Positions 38,721 to 49,460 of a DNA stretch of 64,000 bases are shown piece after piece. The notes beneath the pieces are model-generated. The model was not told the DNA's origin, made no database searches, and was given only the letters and a program-made list of their open reading frames with translations. Positions within the stretch are counted from its first letter, which is position 1. Every line of letters starts with the position of its first letter. Origin of the DNA: a virus; the IMG/VR virus record IMGVR_UViG_3300030117_007605, positions 21,286 to 85,285 of that record; one strand, 5' to 3'. A program made the position numbers and the translations under genes.

Positions 38721-40213
38721 TGGCAATTAGAAGATTTAAAGCAACTAAAGACAACACAATCACGAATGCGTATAAAGACAACCTTACGACTCGTGGCACT
38801 GGTTCCAACATGGGAGAGGCTGATGTGCTTGAAGTTTTTAGTCTTTATGCTCAGGAATCAACGTCCTCCAGTGAATTATCAAGAGTATTGATTGAATTTG
38901 ATATTGACACTTTATCAGCTTCAAGAGATTCAGGCAACATTCCAGCATCAGGATCTGTAGAATTTTACTTAAGAATGTTTAATGCGGAACATTCTTCTAC
39001 AACTCCAACCAGCTTTACCTTAACTGTCGCAGCTATTTCACAATCATGGAACGAGGGAATCGGCTTAGATATGGATGATTATTCAGATCCCGGCGTTTCA
39101 AATTGGATAAGTTCCAGTAACCTCACCAAGTGGACAACCTTTCACGGCGATATAGAAGGTGGCTCTTTTCATACTGGCTCAGCGGCAGTAACATCAAGTC
39201 AATTTTTTACAAATGGGACAGAGGATTTAGAGGTAGACGTTACAAGACATGTCGAGGAATGGCTTAATAATAAAACTGGCAGCTATGGGTTTGGAGTCTT
39301 TTTAACTTCATCTCTAGAAAATGCAGAATCATCTTATTACACAAAGAAATTTTTTGCTAGGGATAGTCAGTATTTCTTGAAGCGACCAGTGTTGGAAGCA
39401 CGTTGGAGCGATGCAAGATTTGATGATTCTTCTAATTTTTACTTAAGTTCTTCCAGGGTGCCAGCAGCAGACAACCTCAATAAAATATATCTTTACAACT
39501 ATGTTAGAGGTCAATTACAGGACATCCCAGGACTTGGTACTGATAATAAAATATATGTCAGCATTTATTCCGGCTCTGATTCTGCCCCAGCAGGCAGCAA
39601 AATTACTTTACCGATCGGTGGTGGAGTGGTCACCAATCTTGATAATAATGTTACTGGCAGCAAAGTTACAACAGGAATTTATTCAGCATCATTTGCTTAT
39701 ACTAGTTCCGCTATTACAGAAATTTATCCAGTATGGCACAGTGCTTCAACTGAATATTTAACTGCTTCTGCAATCACAGTTAATTCGTTTGAGACCCAAA
39801 CATCTTATCCGATTAATTCTTATAAGACAAGCATAACTAATTTACAAGCTGAGTACGGGGAAACAGATGTTGCCCACTTTAGAGTGTTTGTACAAAATAA
39901 GAATTTTGAAGCGACTGTTTATACAGTTGCCTCAACGGCAGTTGAGCCAACGATAATCGAGCAAATGTTTTACAAGGTTCAGAGATATGTTGATGAAGAG
40001 GTAGTAATCAATTATGGAACAGGTTCAGGCGAAGGCGCGTACACACAACTTTCTTATGACTCTGCTGGAAACTATTTTGATTTAGATATGAGTGTGTTGG
40101 AACCAGACTTTTCATATCAAATTAGTTTTTTAATTAATGACGCGGGTAATTACTATGAGCTTAAAGACAAATTTAAGTTTAGAGTAATTGATGAAAATGA
40201 CCTACCGGGTTAA
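38720..40213 (+). CDS. Virion structural protein (DNRLRE-like beta-sandwich)
   Basis: KDNTI, SRVLIEFD, QSWNEG, DLEVDVT, RPVLEARW; S/T-rich. Confidence 0.65.
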   Translation: MAIRRFKATKDNTITNAYKDNLTTRGTGSNMGEADVLEVFSLYAQESTSSSELSRVLIEFDIDTLSASRDSGNIPASGSVEFYLRMFNAEHSSTTPTSFTLTVAAISQSWNEGIGLDMDDYSDPGVSNWISSSNLTKWTTFHGDIEGGSFHTGSAAVTSSQFFTNGTEDLEVDVTRHVEEWLNNKTGSYGFGVFLTSSLENAESSYYTKKFFARDSQYFLKRPVLEARWSDARFDDSSNFYLSSSRVPAADNLNKIYLYNYVRGQLQDIPGLGTDNKIYVSIYSGSDSAPAGSKITLPIGGGVVTNLDNNVTGSKVTTGIYSASFAYTSSAITEIYPVWHSASTEYLTASAITVNSFETQTSYPINSYKTSITNLQAEYGETDVAHFRVFVQNKNFEATVYTVASTAVEPTIIEQMFYKVQRYVDEEVVINYGTGSGEGAYTQLSYDSAGNYFDLDMSVLEPDFSYQISFLINDAGNYYELKDKFKFRVIDENDLPG

Positions 40214-40245
40214 TGAATTTCTAATAACAAAATAATTATAAAGAT

Positions 40246-43200
40246 ATGGGTACAAAAAGTTTTTTTAATAAGCAAAAGTCACAAGAAGTAAAACTTCGCG
40301 GACAAGAAAAGTCAACAATCGATGAAGTTTCACAAAACGTTGAGTCAATTGAGTATTTGAAAGAGTATTCTGAGAGCAAATTTGATTTTGTTCCTCAACT
40401 AGATTTCCAAGATCCAGCTAATTTTGTCAAGTATGGTTCGGCTAAAGATTATTATGTTGACCTCGTTGACAGTGTAGTTCAATCTTATCCTTATGACGGC
40501 TCTTTGGCAGAAAGATTAAAATATTATAATAGTCTGGTTGCGATTCAAAAACACGAGTTTGATAAAAATTACCCTAGATCGGTTGGTTACGCTGATTTTA
40601 CTGATAGTTCATATAGTAACACTATTAATGATCCGTTTGCAGTCGGTACCGTTGTTTTTGGATTGGGTGAGAGCACCACACAACATTATGTGATAACCGA
40701 CAACTATTCAAACAAACTTGTTTATAACACCAGTTCTAACCAAGTTGGTAGTCTAGAGCTTGATTTTTCAACTGGCGCAACGGTTGAATTTTGGATGAAA
40801 AAAGATGCATTCCCAGTCGCCGCTCAAACACAAAATGAGGTAATTTTTTCAATTAGCAATGAAGAAAGTGATGTTTTTCAAGTTGTAACTGATGTTACAG
40901 CATCTAGTAAAATTATTGCCTGCTTTGCAAAACAGTCTTCATCGGCTGAGTTTTTATATGAATTTAATACAAACTTAACTCGCCTTGATGATTCAACTTG
41001 GCACCATTATGCCTTGGCGTTTTCTACAAGCTCTACTGGATATGTTGGTGAAATTTATGTTGATGGAGCATTTCAAGAGAAGAAATTTTACACAAATGGA
41101 AGTCCAAAACTTGTTCTTACGGGAACTTTAGATGCAACTGTTGCAGCCTCCTCTCTTCCTTTAAAATTGGGAGATGGAAAATTATCTGGCTCAATTGACG
41201 AAGTTCGCCTTTGGAAAACTACGAGAGATGCAAAACAAGTAGGTGTAAATTATTTCTTTGACGTCGGCGGCGGCGGTAATACTGATACCGCGAAAGTAAA
41301 TAATGACAATCCATTGGGTCTATCATTATATTACAGATTCAATGAAGGCAATACCGGGATCACTGCGGTAGATAATATCGTTCTTGACTATTCTGGTCGT
41401 TTAACAGATGGCGTTTGGGTTGGTTATAACACCACAGGACATACTTCGCGCCCCACCGGTAGTGCGATTATAGAATCAGGAGTTGCGACTGAAGTTGGTT
41501 CACCTATTATTTATTCTACTCACCCAACAGTTGTATCATACAAAGCAGATAAGACTGTATCAGGATCCGCATACGACGTAGAAAACCTAGGCAGCATGTA
41601 CAACATGTTACCATCGTGGATTTCCGACGAGGATGCCGCTAATGGGCTTCTAATTCGTAAGATGGTGCAGATTATGTCTAGCTACCTAGACACGCTTCAC
41701 GCGCAGATTACGGCGATTTCACAACTACAAGATGGTTCTTATGTTAGCGGCTCAAACGCAAAGCCCAATCCATTCTCAAAAAGAAACTTAATCTCGTATG
41801 GATTTGACATCCCAGACGTTTTTATTGATTCTGGAGTTATAGAAGAAATATATTTTAAAGATGAGAAAAGAATCTATGAAGATAAGCTTTTTAATCTAAA
41901 GAATTTAATCTTTCAAAACATTTTTAATAATTTAAATTACATTAATAAAACGAAGGGAACCGAAAAATCTTTTAGAAATCTCTTTAGATGCTTTGGTGTG
42001 GATGACGAATTAGTTCGCTTAAATATGTATGCGGACAATCAGGAATACGAAATCCGTGAGAACTACCAAACGTCTCAAGCAAAGAGAAATGTTATTGATT
42101 TCTCTGGTTATAAAGATGGTCAAAACAGAGAGGGTGTGGTATATACATTTGCCGACTCATCAAAATCAATCGCGGAGACCGGAGATTCTGGTTATATCCC
42201 GTCATCATCAAATCAAAATATTCCTTTGACTTTTGAATCGCAGTTCCAATTCCCTAAGTTTATTAATTTTGCAAATGGGCATTTAGACAGTCTTAGTAGA
42301 GCATCACTTTTTGGTGTTCACAGTGCAAGTAAAGATACTACGGTAACAACATTCGGAAATAATGATCTAAATTTTAAAGTATACGCTGACACAAATAGTA
42401 ATAACAGCACTAAATTTGTTTTAGAAACAAATATTGGTTCAGTGTCCTCTCTAGAATCTTCTTTTTATGAGAATGTATACGACAATACTGAGTGGACCTT
42501 CGCAGTTAGGACTAAGCCTAGAGAATATCCATATTCGCAAGAGGTCACATCTTCTGATGTTATTGATCTAGAGTTTTATGGCGTAAATTATGCAGCAGGC
42601 TACAAAGTACACGAATTTAGTGCTTCGGCAGAAGTTAATTTATCTGATGAGATCGGACAGTTTTTAACTGGTTCTGATAAAAGAATGTACGTTGGTGCAG
42701 ATAGAACTAATATTACTGGCTCTTTAAACAACAAATCAAATGTTAGAGCACTTTCATCAAGAGTTTGGTTTGATTATGTTGAAAACGAAGAGTTGAGAAG
42801 CCATGCTAGAGATATAACAACTTTTGGTAGGTTAAATCCATACCGCAATTCATTTATTTACGAGAATGGTGAGTCTGGTAGCTATATCCCAAGGATAAAC
42901 ACACTAGCCTTACACTGGAATTTTGAGAATATTACAGGCTCAGATTCAACAGGCAAGTTTTTAGTACAGGATATCACATCTGGTTCTAGCTACGCAGTAG
43001 ATCCAAGATTTGCGGGTGGAGAATACTCCAAATATGTCGGTCCAAACTATAGTGGACAAGGTGCTTTATTCTCTAATAGTTCTACAAAGGTTGTAGACTT
43101 CCTATTTTCCGACACGGCAGAACAACAATTGCCAGAAAATTTATATAGTTCTGACTTGGTAGAGATTAGAGAAGGAGATGATACCCTTTTCACTAGAGAA

Positions 43201-46200
43201 AGCCGCCCAAGCAAATACTACTTTGCAGTTGAAACTAGTTTATATGATACAATTTCACGAGAAATGCTAGGTTTCTTTGCTTCGATTAAAGACTTTAACA
43301 GTTTAATCGGATCACCAGAGAACTTATTCCGAACAGAATACAAGTCAATTAATAAATTAAGAGAATTGTTTTTTGAGAATATCGAAAATGAGCCCGATCT
43401 AGATAAATTTATTAATCTTTATAAGTGGTTGGATGGAGCACTCGATAGTGTTTTATCTAATTTAATCCCAGCTTCAGCACAAACTTCAGACAAAGTTAGA
43501 AATATAGTTGAGAGCCACATTTTAGAGAGAAGTAAATACCAACACAAATATTTACAGTTCAAAGAGTTTTCACTAGAGGACAAAGTTAAATCAGAACCAC
43601 AGCAACTACCGCCAGGAGCCGGAACAGTTGAATTTATTACCATTGGTGGAGACGTACAAGACGGCGGTGGTGGTCCAGATGTTATCCCAATGGGGAACAC
43701 TACTGTTTTTAATAGAAACATTCCCTCCAGAGCAGCTTCAGTGCTGAGAAACAATAGATCAGCCGGTCTTCGTACAGATCGACCTGCATCAGAACTGGTA
43801 GTCAAAACAACAGATTTTCTAACTCCAGCCCCAGGAACATTTTTTGGTTCACCTCTGGACCAAGGGACTAAGCCATTATGGTATCTGTTGAAGGTAGATA
43901 GAGAACCTGGTGGTCTGATGACCACAGGTGATATTTCTGCGGACTTTTCAAGAGTCCAGTCTCAAGTTAATCAAACTCAAACAACTACTGGGTCTCGTCA
44001 AGAGTTTTATGCGTTTGCAGTTGATGCAAAAAGATCAATTGGCAAACACACAACGTATGCAGGTGAGAACAGAGAAAACTATTTTCCAGTATCTTTTAAA
44101 GGATCACAGGACTCTCTAGAAGATGGTATAAAAATAGAGATTCGCACAGATGTTGAGAACAGATATGGTGATCCTTACTACCAATACGAAGGTGGAAGAG
44201 ACACAACATTTAATGATGAAAAACTAACCCCTGTAACAGTTACTGATTTATCAAATCAAAAAATATTAGCAGGACAAAATTATTTACCATTTGTTATTAT
44301 AAGCTCATCAGCTACACCGCAATCTGATTACCAAAAAGTTTTCACAGACTTAGGGATGAATATTGACATTAAGATGTCCCATCAAGACTTTGTAGTCGAA
44401 GGCGGCGGCTTGCAAGGAATTTTCACCGATGATCACGTCGGTGGGTGGATGTATCGTCACGACAATCTTTTTGTGACTGATGAAAACTTAAGGAAGGAAG
44501 GCTATGCGTTAGTTCCATCTGGCAGTAACACAATCTACTTGGTAAGCCCGAGATTCCGTAGTGCAAGTTCGGGTCCGGCTTATGACGAGAATCAGCCATA
44601 TGGTGCTTATTTAAAAGATGGCGCGGCACAAAGACCAGTTAACATTAAGAATTTAAGTGGCTCAAACTTTTTCAAAGATTATGAAATAATTCAGACAACT
44701 GGACGCAGGATCAACAATAGATACTACGTTAAATCAAGTGGATTTACTGGCTCAGTGAATGCTACAAGTAGTATTTCTTTTGATGAAGATGGTGTATTCT
44801 TTTATAAAGATTTTACAGTTTTAGATAGAACTAACACGGGCAGCAATGATTATATTATTGTTAATAGATTTAGTGCCCCAGGTGGACCGGAAGTGAATTC
44901 TTTCGCATTCTTAGATGTTGAGTCCGCAGAACTTTCAGTTTATAACAATTTAAATTATAGGAACCTTGTTGTTCGAATCGATAACAATGAACTATTAACA
45001 CGTCACGCCCTCACGGGCGGTTATGATTCAGTACTTCTACAACCAACAGGCGCTTACTACAAGTCTTATAGGAATGGGGTATACAAAATATCAGCATCCT
45101 TAGAAACACCAGAACCAATCTTTGACAACTCTTATGTTGGCAATGGTATTCCTAGAACTGATGTTCAATACTCTTGGATTGCTAGTTCATGGAGAGCGAG
45201 AAAAACAGGATATCCAAACAGCACTACATTAACGAATGGATTATTAACTGCTAGTGGTAAAAACCCCGTCTATGGACAAAATGAAAGTAATTTTGATTAT
45301 AATATTTCATCAAGCGATTATTCACCAATTTATGGCTTTGAGTATTCAGATAATATCACAGGAGCTTCAGAAGGTCATATAGAATATGGAGTTGGCAGTG
45401 GTGTCCCTGTCTCTGTTGCGTTCAATGCTACCAACTATATTATTGTTGGCGATGTCGATTTAAGTAAAAACCTTTTTACTACAGCTTCTGCTGCCCCTGG
45501 CAATTATTATAACTTGCCTGATTTTGATGCTCCAACTGCTCCATTTATATTAAATGGGCTTCTTTTAAGCAACAACGGACCTTATCAGTACCCATCTTTC
45601 AAACAGATTAGAGGTGGCGAGCATAGAGTTGGTAGAGAATTTTGGCAGCAAAATTTATATGTCAATAATCGTGACAAGGTTTTTGTTGACGAAAACTCTG
45701 ACAGATTAAGAAGAATAAAACTGGGTGATAAGATTTCTATTACACAGGCACCAGTGACAAACAAATATAAACCTATTACACAACTAATTGACAGCACAAC
45801 TGGTTCTGTAGAATATGCTCTGGGCAATGATCTAGATTACTACGCAAAAACTTATAATAGCGCATCTAATTTTATTGAAAATTTAAATGAAGACTTAAAT
45901 GCTCCAACAAGAGATATCTTTACAACTGACTTCTATAAGTTTAGTAGTAAATTCGGAATGATCAACTATGCTGAGACGGTTTACCCACGACAACAAAATC
46001 AATATCTAGGAAATACTAGAGAAAGAAATAACTATGTATCGTTCTGGGTGAGTGACGAGTTGTCTGATAGAACAAATCAAACAATTGTAAATTCACAAGG
46101 CTACTCGATCGATGCTAGTAACTGGGCTATGGATGTAAGTTTAACAGGCGCAGCTTTGAATTATCAGCCAGAAAGATCTGGTGAATTGATGCGTAATACT

Positions 46201-48543
46201 GGATCTACTGGTGTGGGCGAAGGACTTGGCGAAGTCAATGCAAGGTACAGCTTTAATATGGGTGAGTGCCGCCCGAACAATCTTGTTCAGCAGCAAGCAG
46301 GAACAGGAGCTTTCTACACTACATATGGTGAATTCGCAGTAGACACAAGATTGGTAGGACAAGACGAAACTTTAATTCCAGAGTTCGCAATTTCGGACTT
46401 CATTAACACAGTTATCACAGAAAATAATGGGGATTTCTTAAATAAAGAAATCTATGGTTTTACTCTAACTGGTAGTGAAAGTTTGGTTGGAAATAGTTTT
46501 GCGGAAAGATACGGTCGTACAGAGCAGATAACATATTTAAAACAGCTAAAAGATTTTTATGGACAGCCAACAGGCATCAAATTAACATTTAATGCAACTA
46601 AAAAACTATTACCCAGAGAAGGTTTTTACCCTCAACAAAGAGTTATACAACTTGCACAACAATTCTCTGCTTCTTATAAAGATTCAACAATCACAATTGG
46701 GCAGACGAACTTCACAAACCCAACAGGACCAGACAAAACATGGTCAACTGCACTTATGCCCTTCTGGGCTCCAGGGGTAGGCTTAAATTCTATTAAAGCA
46801 GGGTTTGCTGTAGACTTTGCTTATAAATCAACGGGCAGTGCCCATTCTTCAGGTGGCATTAATTATCAATTCGATGCGACTGCACCATTTGAATCAATTT
46901 TAAGTCCAAGTGAGCACGTTAGTCTTGTATACCATATTCAAAACAGTGGCTCAACCTCATTAAAAAGTACAGCATCTGTGAATAAAACGGATGGTGTGTA
47001 CGAAATGATGTCACACAACTTCTTTGCAGAGGTCCCTGACTTCTTTTTAGAGGATCTGGTCTCATTTAAATCAGCCCCTCAGAGAAGCTGGACATTTGAA
47101 GGTCCACTTTCTTCAAGTGCAGGTGTTAAAAAATTCGCTATGGATGTTTACATTGAAGACCCAGTTGACTTCTTAATGTATGGTAATGGTGCAGCTTTTG
47201 GACCGTTCCCATACAATAATCACGCACCTCCTGGGTACTATTGGAACTCCTCTGGTGTCTTACCAGGAGATTACTGTACATTTTTAACTAATCTAGGTGG
47301 TAATAGAGCCGGATATACAAGGGCAACTATAGTTTTTGACCCAACAAAACTTCTATCTTCTGACGCCAAAACTGGTCAAACTTCTTTCTCATTACAAGAT
47401 ATTGCTGCAAATTCTACAATTGTCAATGCAAACTTCTTAGTTGAAAGAGACGGAGTATCACCAGCAGACACTGTGTTTATGACATTGACTTCAAGTCTAG
47501 ACTTCTTTGTTCAGGATGAAGAAGACAGATGGACAATTAGAAGTAAGTGGGAGTGCCCGATCTTAAACTTCAGTGATGTACCAGCAGAAACAGGTGGCTC
47601 AGATACCGCTGTTGAAGGAATGTGGCATCAGTATGGCAATCTAGCAGGGTCCAATGCGAGAAAAAGACTCAATGTTAGAATCGAAGACTCAGAATACATT
47701 GGTAGTGACTTGACGGGCTCTCTATTGAGTGCTGTTGGATTTGAACAAAGTTCGAAGGCATTTGGCAAGATGAAACCAAAAGCTATTGTAGAAGAATCTG
47801 TATGCTGTATCCCATTTGTTGTTGACCCCAAAAGCGGTAAGGAAATCTTTTTTGAAATTCCAATTGAACAATTTGAAAAATCCTATCGAAAAGTTCGTAA
47901 TGGAGAGGTTACAGAAGACTCATTGATGGATATGATTAGAAAAATGGATAAATATGTAGTTCCACCAGTATATGATTTTGTTAATATTAGAGACGCTGCC
48001 GACAGGACTTTAAACACAAAAACAGATTTTGAACCAGGAACGGCTCCTTTTTCTATGTACTTGTTTGAGTTCACAAGTGAGTTGACAAGACAAGACTTGG
48101 CAAACATTTGGCAGGGTGTGATGCCTAGCATCGCAACTTCGGCAGAAAAAGAAACTGTTTCAATAGAGCACCCTATTGAGGAAGGAGAGTTACTTTCACC
48201 ATCGATCTTCTTGTACAATGGATTTCCAGAAGGGTTTATGCCCAATAATATTCGTTGGAAGATCTTTAAGGTTAAGAAGAGAGCTAAGTATGATTATTAC
48301 GAGATGCTTTCACAGAAAACTAACAGCCCAGTCTATAAAAATTCAAATATTTCAAAGGCAGGAAGGTTCTCTTTCAACTACCCATATGATCAATTTAGTC
48401 TAGTTGAGCTTGGTAAGCTGGATGCTGAATTCCAAGTGGTTAATGAAAAACCGGATGTTATAAAAAATGTTCCCTTGGGTTATTTGAATGAGGAAAGCCC
48501 GTTATCTGAAAATCCACTTCCAGAAGAGACGACAGAAGAATAA
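40246..48543 (+). CDS. Giant (2765-aa) baseplate/tail protein with LamG domains
   Basis: TVEFWMK, WHHYAL, GSIDEVRLW, LYYRFNEG (LamG); KTKGTEKSFRNLFRCFG (gp7/P2-I-like wedge motif). Confidence 0.75.
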   Translation: MGTKSFFNKQKSQEVKLRGQEKSTIDEVSQNVESIEYLKEYSESKFDFVPQLDFQDPANFVKYGSAKDYYVDLVDSVVQSYPYDGSLAERLKYYNSLVAIQKHEFDKNYPRSVGYADFTDSSYSNTINDPFAVGTVVFGLGESTTQHYVITDNYSNKLVYNTSSNQVGSLELDFSTGATVEFWMKKDAFPVAAQTQNEVIFSISNEESDVFQVVTDVTASSKIIACFAKQSSSAEFLYEFNTNLTRLDDSTWHHYALAFSTSSTGYVGEIYVDGAFQEKKFYTNGSPKLVLTGTLDATVAASSLPLKLGDGKLSGSIDEVRLWKTTRDAKQVGVNYFFDVGGGGNTDTAKVNNDNPLGLSLYYRFNEGNTGITAVDNIVLDYSGRLTDGVWVGYNTTGHTSRPTGSAIIESGVATEVGSPIIYSTHPTVVSYKADKTVSGSAYDVENLGSMYNMLPSWISDEDAANGLLIRKMVQIMSSYLDTLHAQITAISQLQDGSYVSGSNAKPNPFSKRNLISYGFDIPDVFIDSGVIEEIYFKDEKRIYEDKLFNLKNLIFQNIFNNLNYINKTKGTEKSFRNLFRCFGVDDELVRLNMYADNQEYEIRENYQTSQAKRNVIDFSGYKDGQNREGVVYTFADSSKSIAETGDSGYIPSSSNQNIPLTFESQFQFPKFINFANGHLDSLSRASLFGVHSASKDTTVTTFGNNDLNFKVYADTNSNNSTKFVLETNIGSVSSLESSFYENVYDNTEWTFAVRTKPREYPYSQEVTSSDVIDLEFYGVNYAAGYKVHEFSASAEVNLSDEIGQFLTGSDKRMYVGADRTNITGSLNNKSNVRALSSRVWFDYVENEELRSHARDITTFGRLNPYRNSFIYENGESGSYIPRINTLALHWNFENITGSDSTGKFLVQDITSGSSYAVDPRFAGGEYSKYVGPNYSGQGALFSNSSTKVVDFLFSDTAEQQLPENLYSSDLVEIREGDDTLFTRESRPSKYYFAVETSLYDTISREMLGFFASIKDFNSLIGSPENLFRTEYKSINKLRELFFENIENEPDLDKFINLYKWLDGALDSVLSNLIPASAQTSDKVRNIVESHILERSKYQHKYLQFKEFSLEDKVKSEPQQLPPGAGTVEFITIGGDVQDGGGGPDVIPMGNTTVFNRNIPSRAASVLRNNRSAGLRTDRPASELVVKTTDFLTPAPGTFFGSPLDQGTKPLWYLLKVDREPGGLMTTGDISADFSRVQSQVNQTQTTTGSRQEFYAFAVDAKRSIGKHTTYAGENRENYFPVSFKGSQDSLEDGIKIEIRTDVENRYGDPYYQYEGGRDTTFNDEKLTPVTVTDLSNQKILAGQNYLPFVIISSSATPQSDYQKVFTDLGMNIDIKMSHQDFVVEGGGLQGIFTDDHVGGWMYRHDNLFVTDENLRKEGYALVPSGSNTIYLVSPRFRSASSGPAYDENQPYGAYLKDGAAQRPVNIKNLSGSNFFKDYEIIQTTGRRINNRYYVKSSGFTGSVNATSSISFDEDGVFFYKDFTVLDRTNTGSNDYIIVNRFSAPGGPEVNSFAFLDVESAELSVYNNLNYRNLVVRIDNNELLTRHALTGGYDSVLLQPTGAYYKSYRNGVYKISASLETPEPIFDNSYVGNGIPRTDVQYSWIASSWRARKTGYPNSTTLTNGLLTASGKNPVYGQNESNFDYNISSSDYSPIYGFEYSDNITGASEGHIEYGVGSGVPVSVAFNATNYIIVGDVDLSKNLFTTASAAPGNYYNLPDFDAPTAPFILNGLLLSNNGPYQYPSFKQIRGGEHRVGREFWQQNLYVNNRDKVFVDENSDRLRRIKLGDKISITQAPVTNKYKPITQLIDSTTGSVEYALGNDLDYYAKTYNSASNFIENLNEDLNAPTRDIFTTDFYKFSSKFGMINYAETVYPRQQNQYLGNTRERNNYVSFWVSDELSDRTNQTIVNSQGYSIDASNWAMDVSLTGAALNYQPERSGELMRNTGSTGVGEGLGEVNARYSFNMGECRPNNLVQQQAGTGAFYTTYGEFAVDTRLVGQDETLIPEFAISDFINTVITENNGDFLNKEIYGFTLTGSESLVGNSFAERYGRTEQITYLKQLKDFYGQPTGIKLTFNATKKLLPREGFYPQQRVIQLAQQFSASYKDSTITIGQTNFTNPTGPDKTWSTALMPFWAPGVGLNSIKAGFAVDFAYKSTGSAHSSGGINYQFDATAPFESILSPSEHVSLVYHIQNSGSTSLKSTASVNKTDGVYEMMSHNFFAEVPDFFLEDLVSFKSAPQRSWTFEGPLSSSAGVKKFAMDVYIEDPVDFLMYGNGAAFGPFPYNNHAPPGYYWNSSGVLPGDYCTFLTNLGGNRAGYTRATIVFDPTKLLSSDAKTGQTSFSLQDIAANSTIVNANFLVERDGVSPADTVFMTLTSSLDFFVQDEEDRWTIRSKWECPILNFSDVPAETGGSDTAVEGMWHQYGNLAGSNARKRLNVRIEDSEYIGSDLTGSLLSAVGFEQSSKAFGKMKPKAIVEESVCCIPFVVDPKSGKEIFFEIPIEQFEKSYRKVRNGEVTEDSLMDMIRKMDKYVVPPVYDFVNIRDAADRTLNTKTDFEPGTAPFSMYLFEFTSELTRQDLANIWQGVMPSIATSAEKETVSIEHPIEEGELLSPSIFLYNGFPEGFMPNNIRWKIFKVKKRAKYDYYEMLSQKTNSPVYKNSNISKAGRFSFNYPYDQFSLVELGKLDAEFQVVNEKPDVIKNVPLGYLNEESPLSENPLPEETTEE

Positions 48544-48549
48544 TTCCCA

Positions 48550-48561
48550 TCTAATTATCTA
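48550..48561 (+). promoter_or_regulatory. Candidate late promoter
   Basis: TCTAATTATCTA, intergenic, 11 nt before ATG 48573. Confidence 0.6.
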
Positions 48562-48572
48562 GAGTATAAAAC

Positions 48573-49451
48573 ATGACATTTTTTAATAAAAAAGAAGAGG
48601 TTATACAATTAGAACTGACAAGAGTAGGTAGAGAGAAACTATCTAAGGGTCAGTTTATACCAGATCATTATGAATTTTTGGATGAAGATATTCTTTACGA
48701 TCGTAAAAATGCAAATTCGGATACGCAAGAAGAACAAAACGAAGTAAAACAAAGAATTAAGAAAAAACTAAGCTTAAGATCTCTAACTGCGAAGCAATCA
48801 GTTCCAATTCAGACAGCGGTCACAAAAAAGGAGAATAGACTCCAAGAAAGTTTAGGCACCTTTATCCCGTACTCAAATTATAGACCAGCATGGGATGTTG
48901 TGGCACAGGACGGTGAAGTTTTCACAGGATCTGGAGATGTTTTATTTTCTGCAAGAGAAGTTTCCAACGGTTTGACAGTTGGTCCATCTTATGAGAAAGT
49001 CCCACAGTTGGATTTAGAATGTAGTTACAATTATAATAGTTACGTCAAAATAGACAGAGAAGATAAAGAAATAAAAGATATCGTTAAGGAAAACATATAC
49101 ATTGATATGAGTGATCTGTTACCAAGAGAAGAGGATGACTCTTTTATTCTATTTGAGAAAGACTTTAATGATTTTACAATTACATTTGAGGAGTTGAACA
49201 CTCTTCAAGAAAAGGACGAATACACGTTAGAAGTTTTTCAATACGAATACACTACAGTAGATGGCGTTGAGAAAGTAACTGTTAATCCACTATTTTTTGA
49301 TGATGAAGAAGAGAATGTTGATAAACAGTCTGTATACTGGTACTTTAATTTAACTACTGACAAGGAAGCTGATGTGGCAAGAGAGGGATTTACATTTGTC
49401 AATGAAGAGGTTGTTATTGAAGGTGTCGAAGATGAGTGTGCTGATGTATAG
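48573..49451 (+). CDS. Structural protein; N-terminus paralogous to 55870-56838
   Basis: FFNKKEEVIQLELTRVGREKLSKG...FLDEDILY. Confidence 0.7.
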   Translation: MTFFNKKEEVIQLELTRVGREKLSKGQFIPDHYEFLDEDILYDRKNANSDTQEEQNEVKQRIKKKLSLRSLTAKQSVPIQTAVTKKENRLQESLGTFIPYSNYRPAWDVVAQDGEVFTGSGDVLFSAREVSNGLTVGPSYEKVPQLDLECSYNYNSYVKIDREDKEIKDIVKENIYIDMSDLLPREEDDSFILFEKDFNDFTITFEELNTLQEKDEYTLEVFQYEYTTVDGVEKVTVNPLFFDDEEENVDKQSVYWYFNLTTDKEADVAREGFTFVNEEVVIEGVEDECADV

Positions 49452-49460
49452 GAGTTTAAA

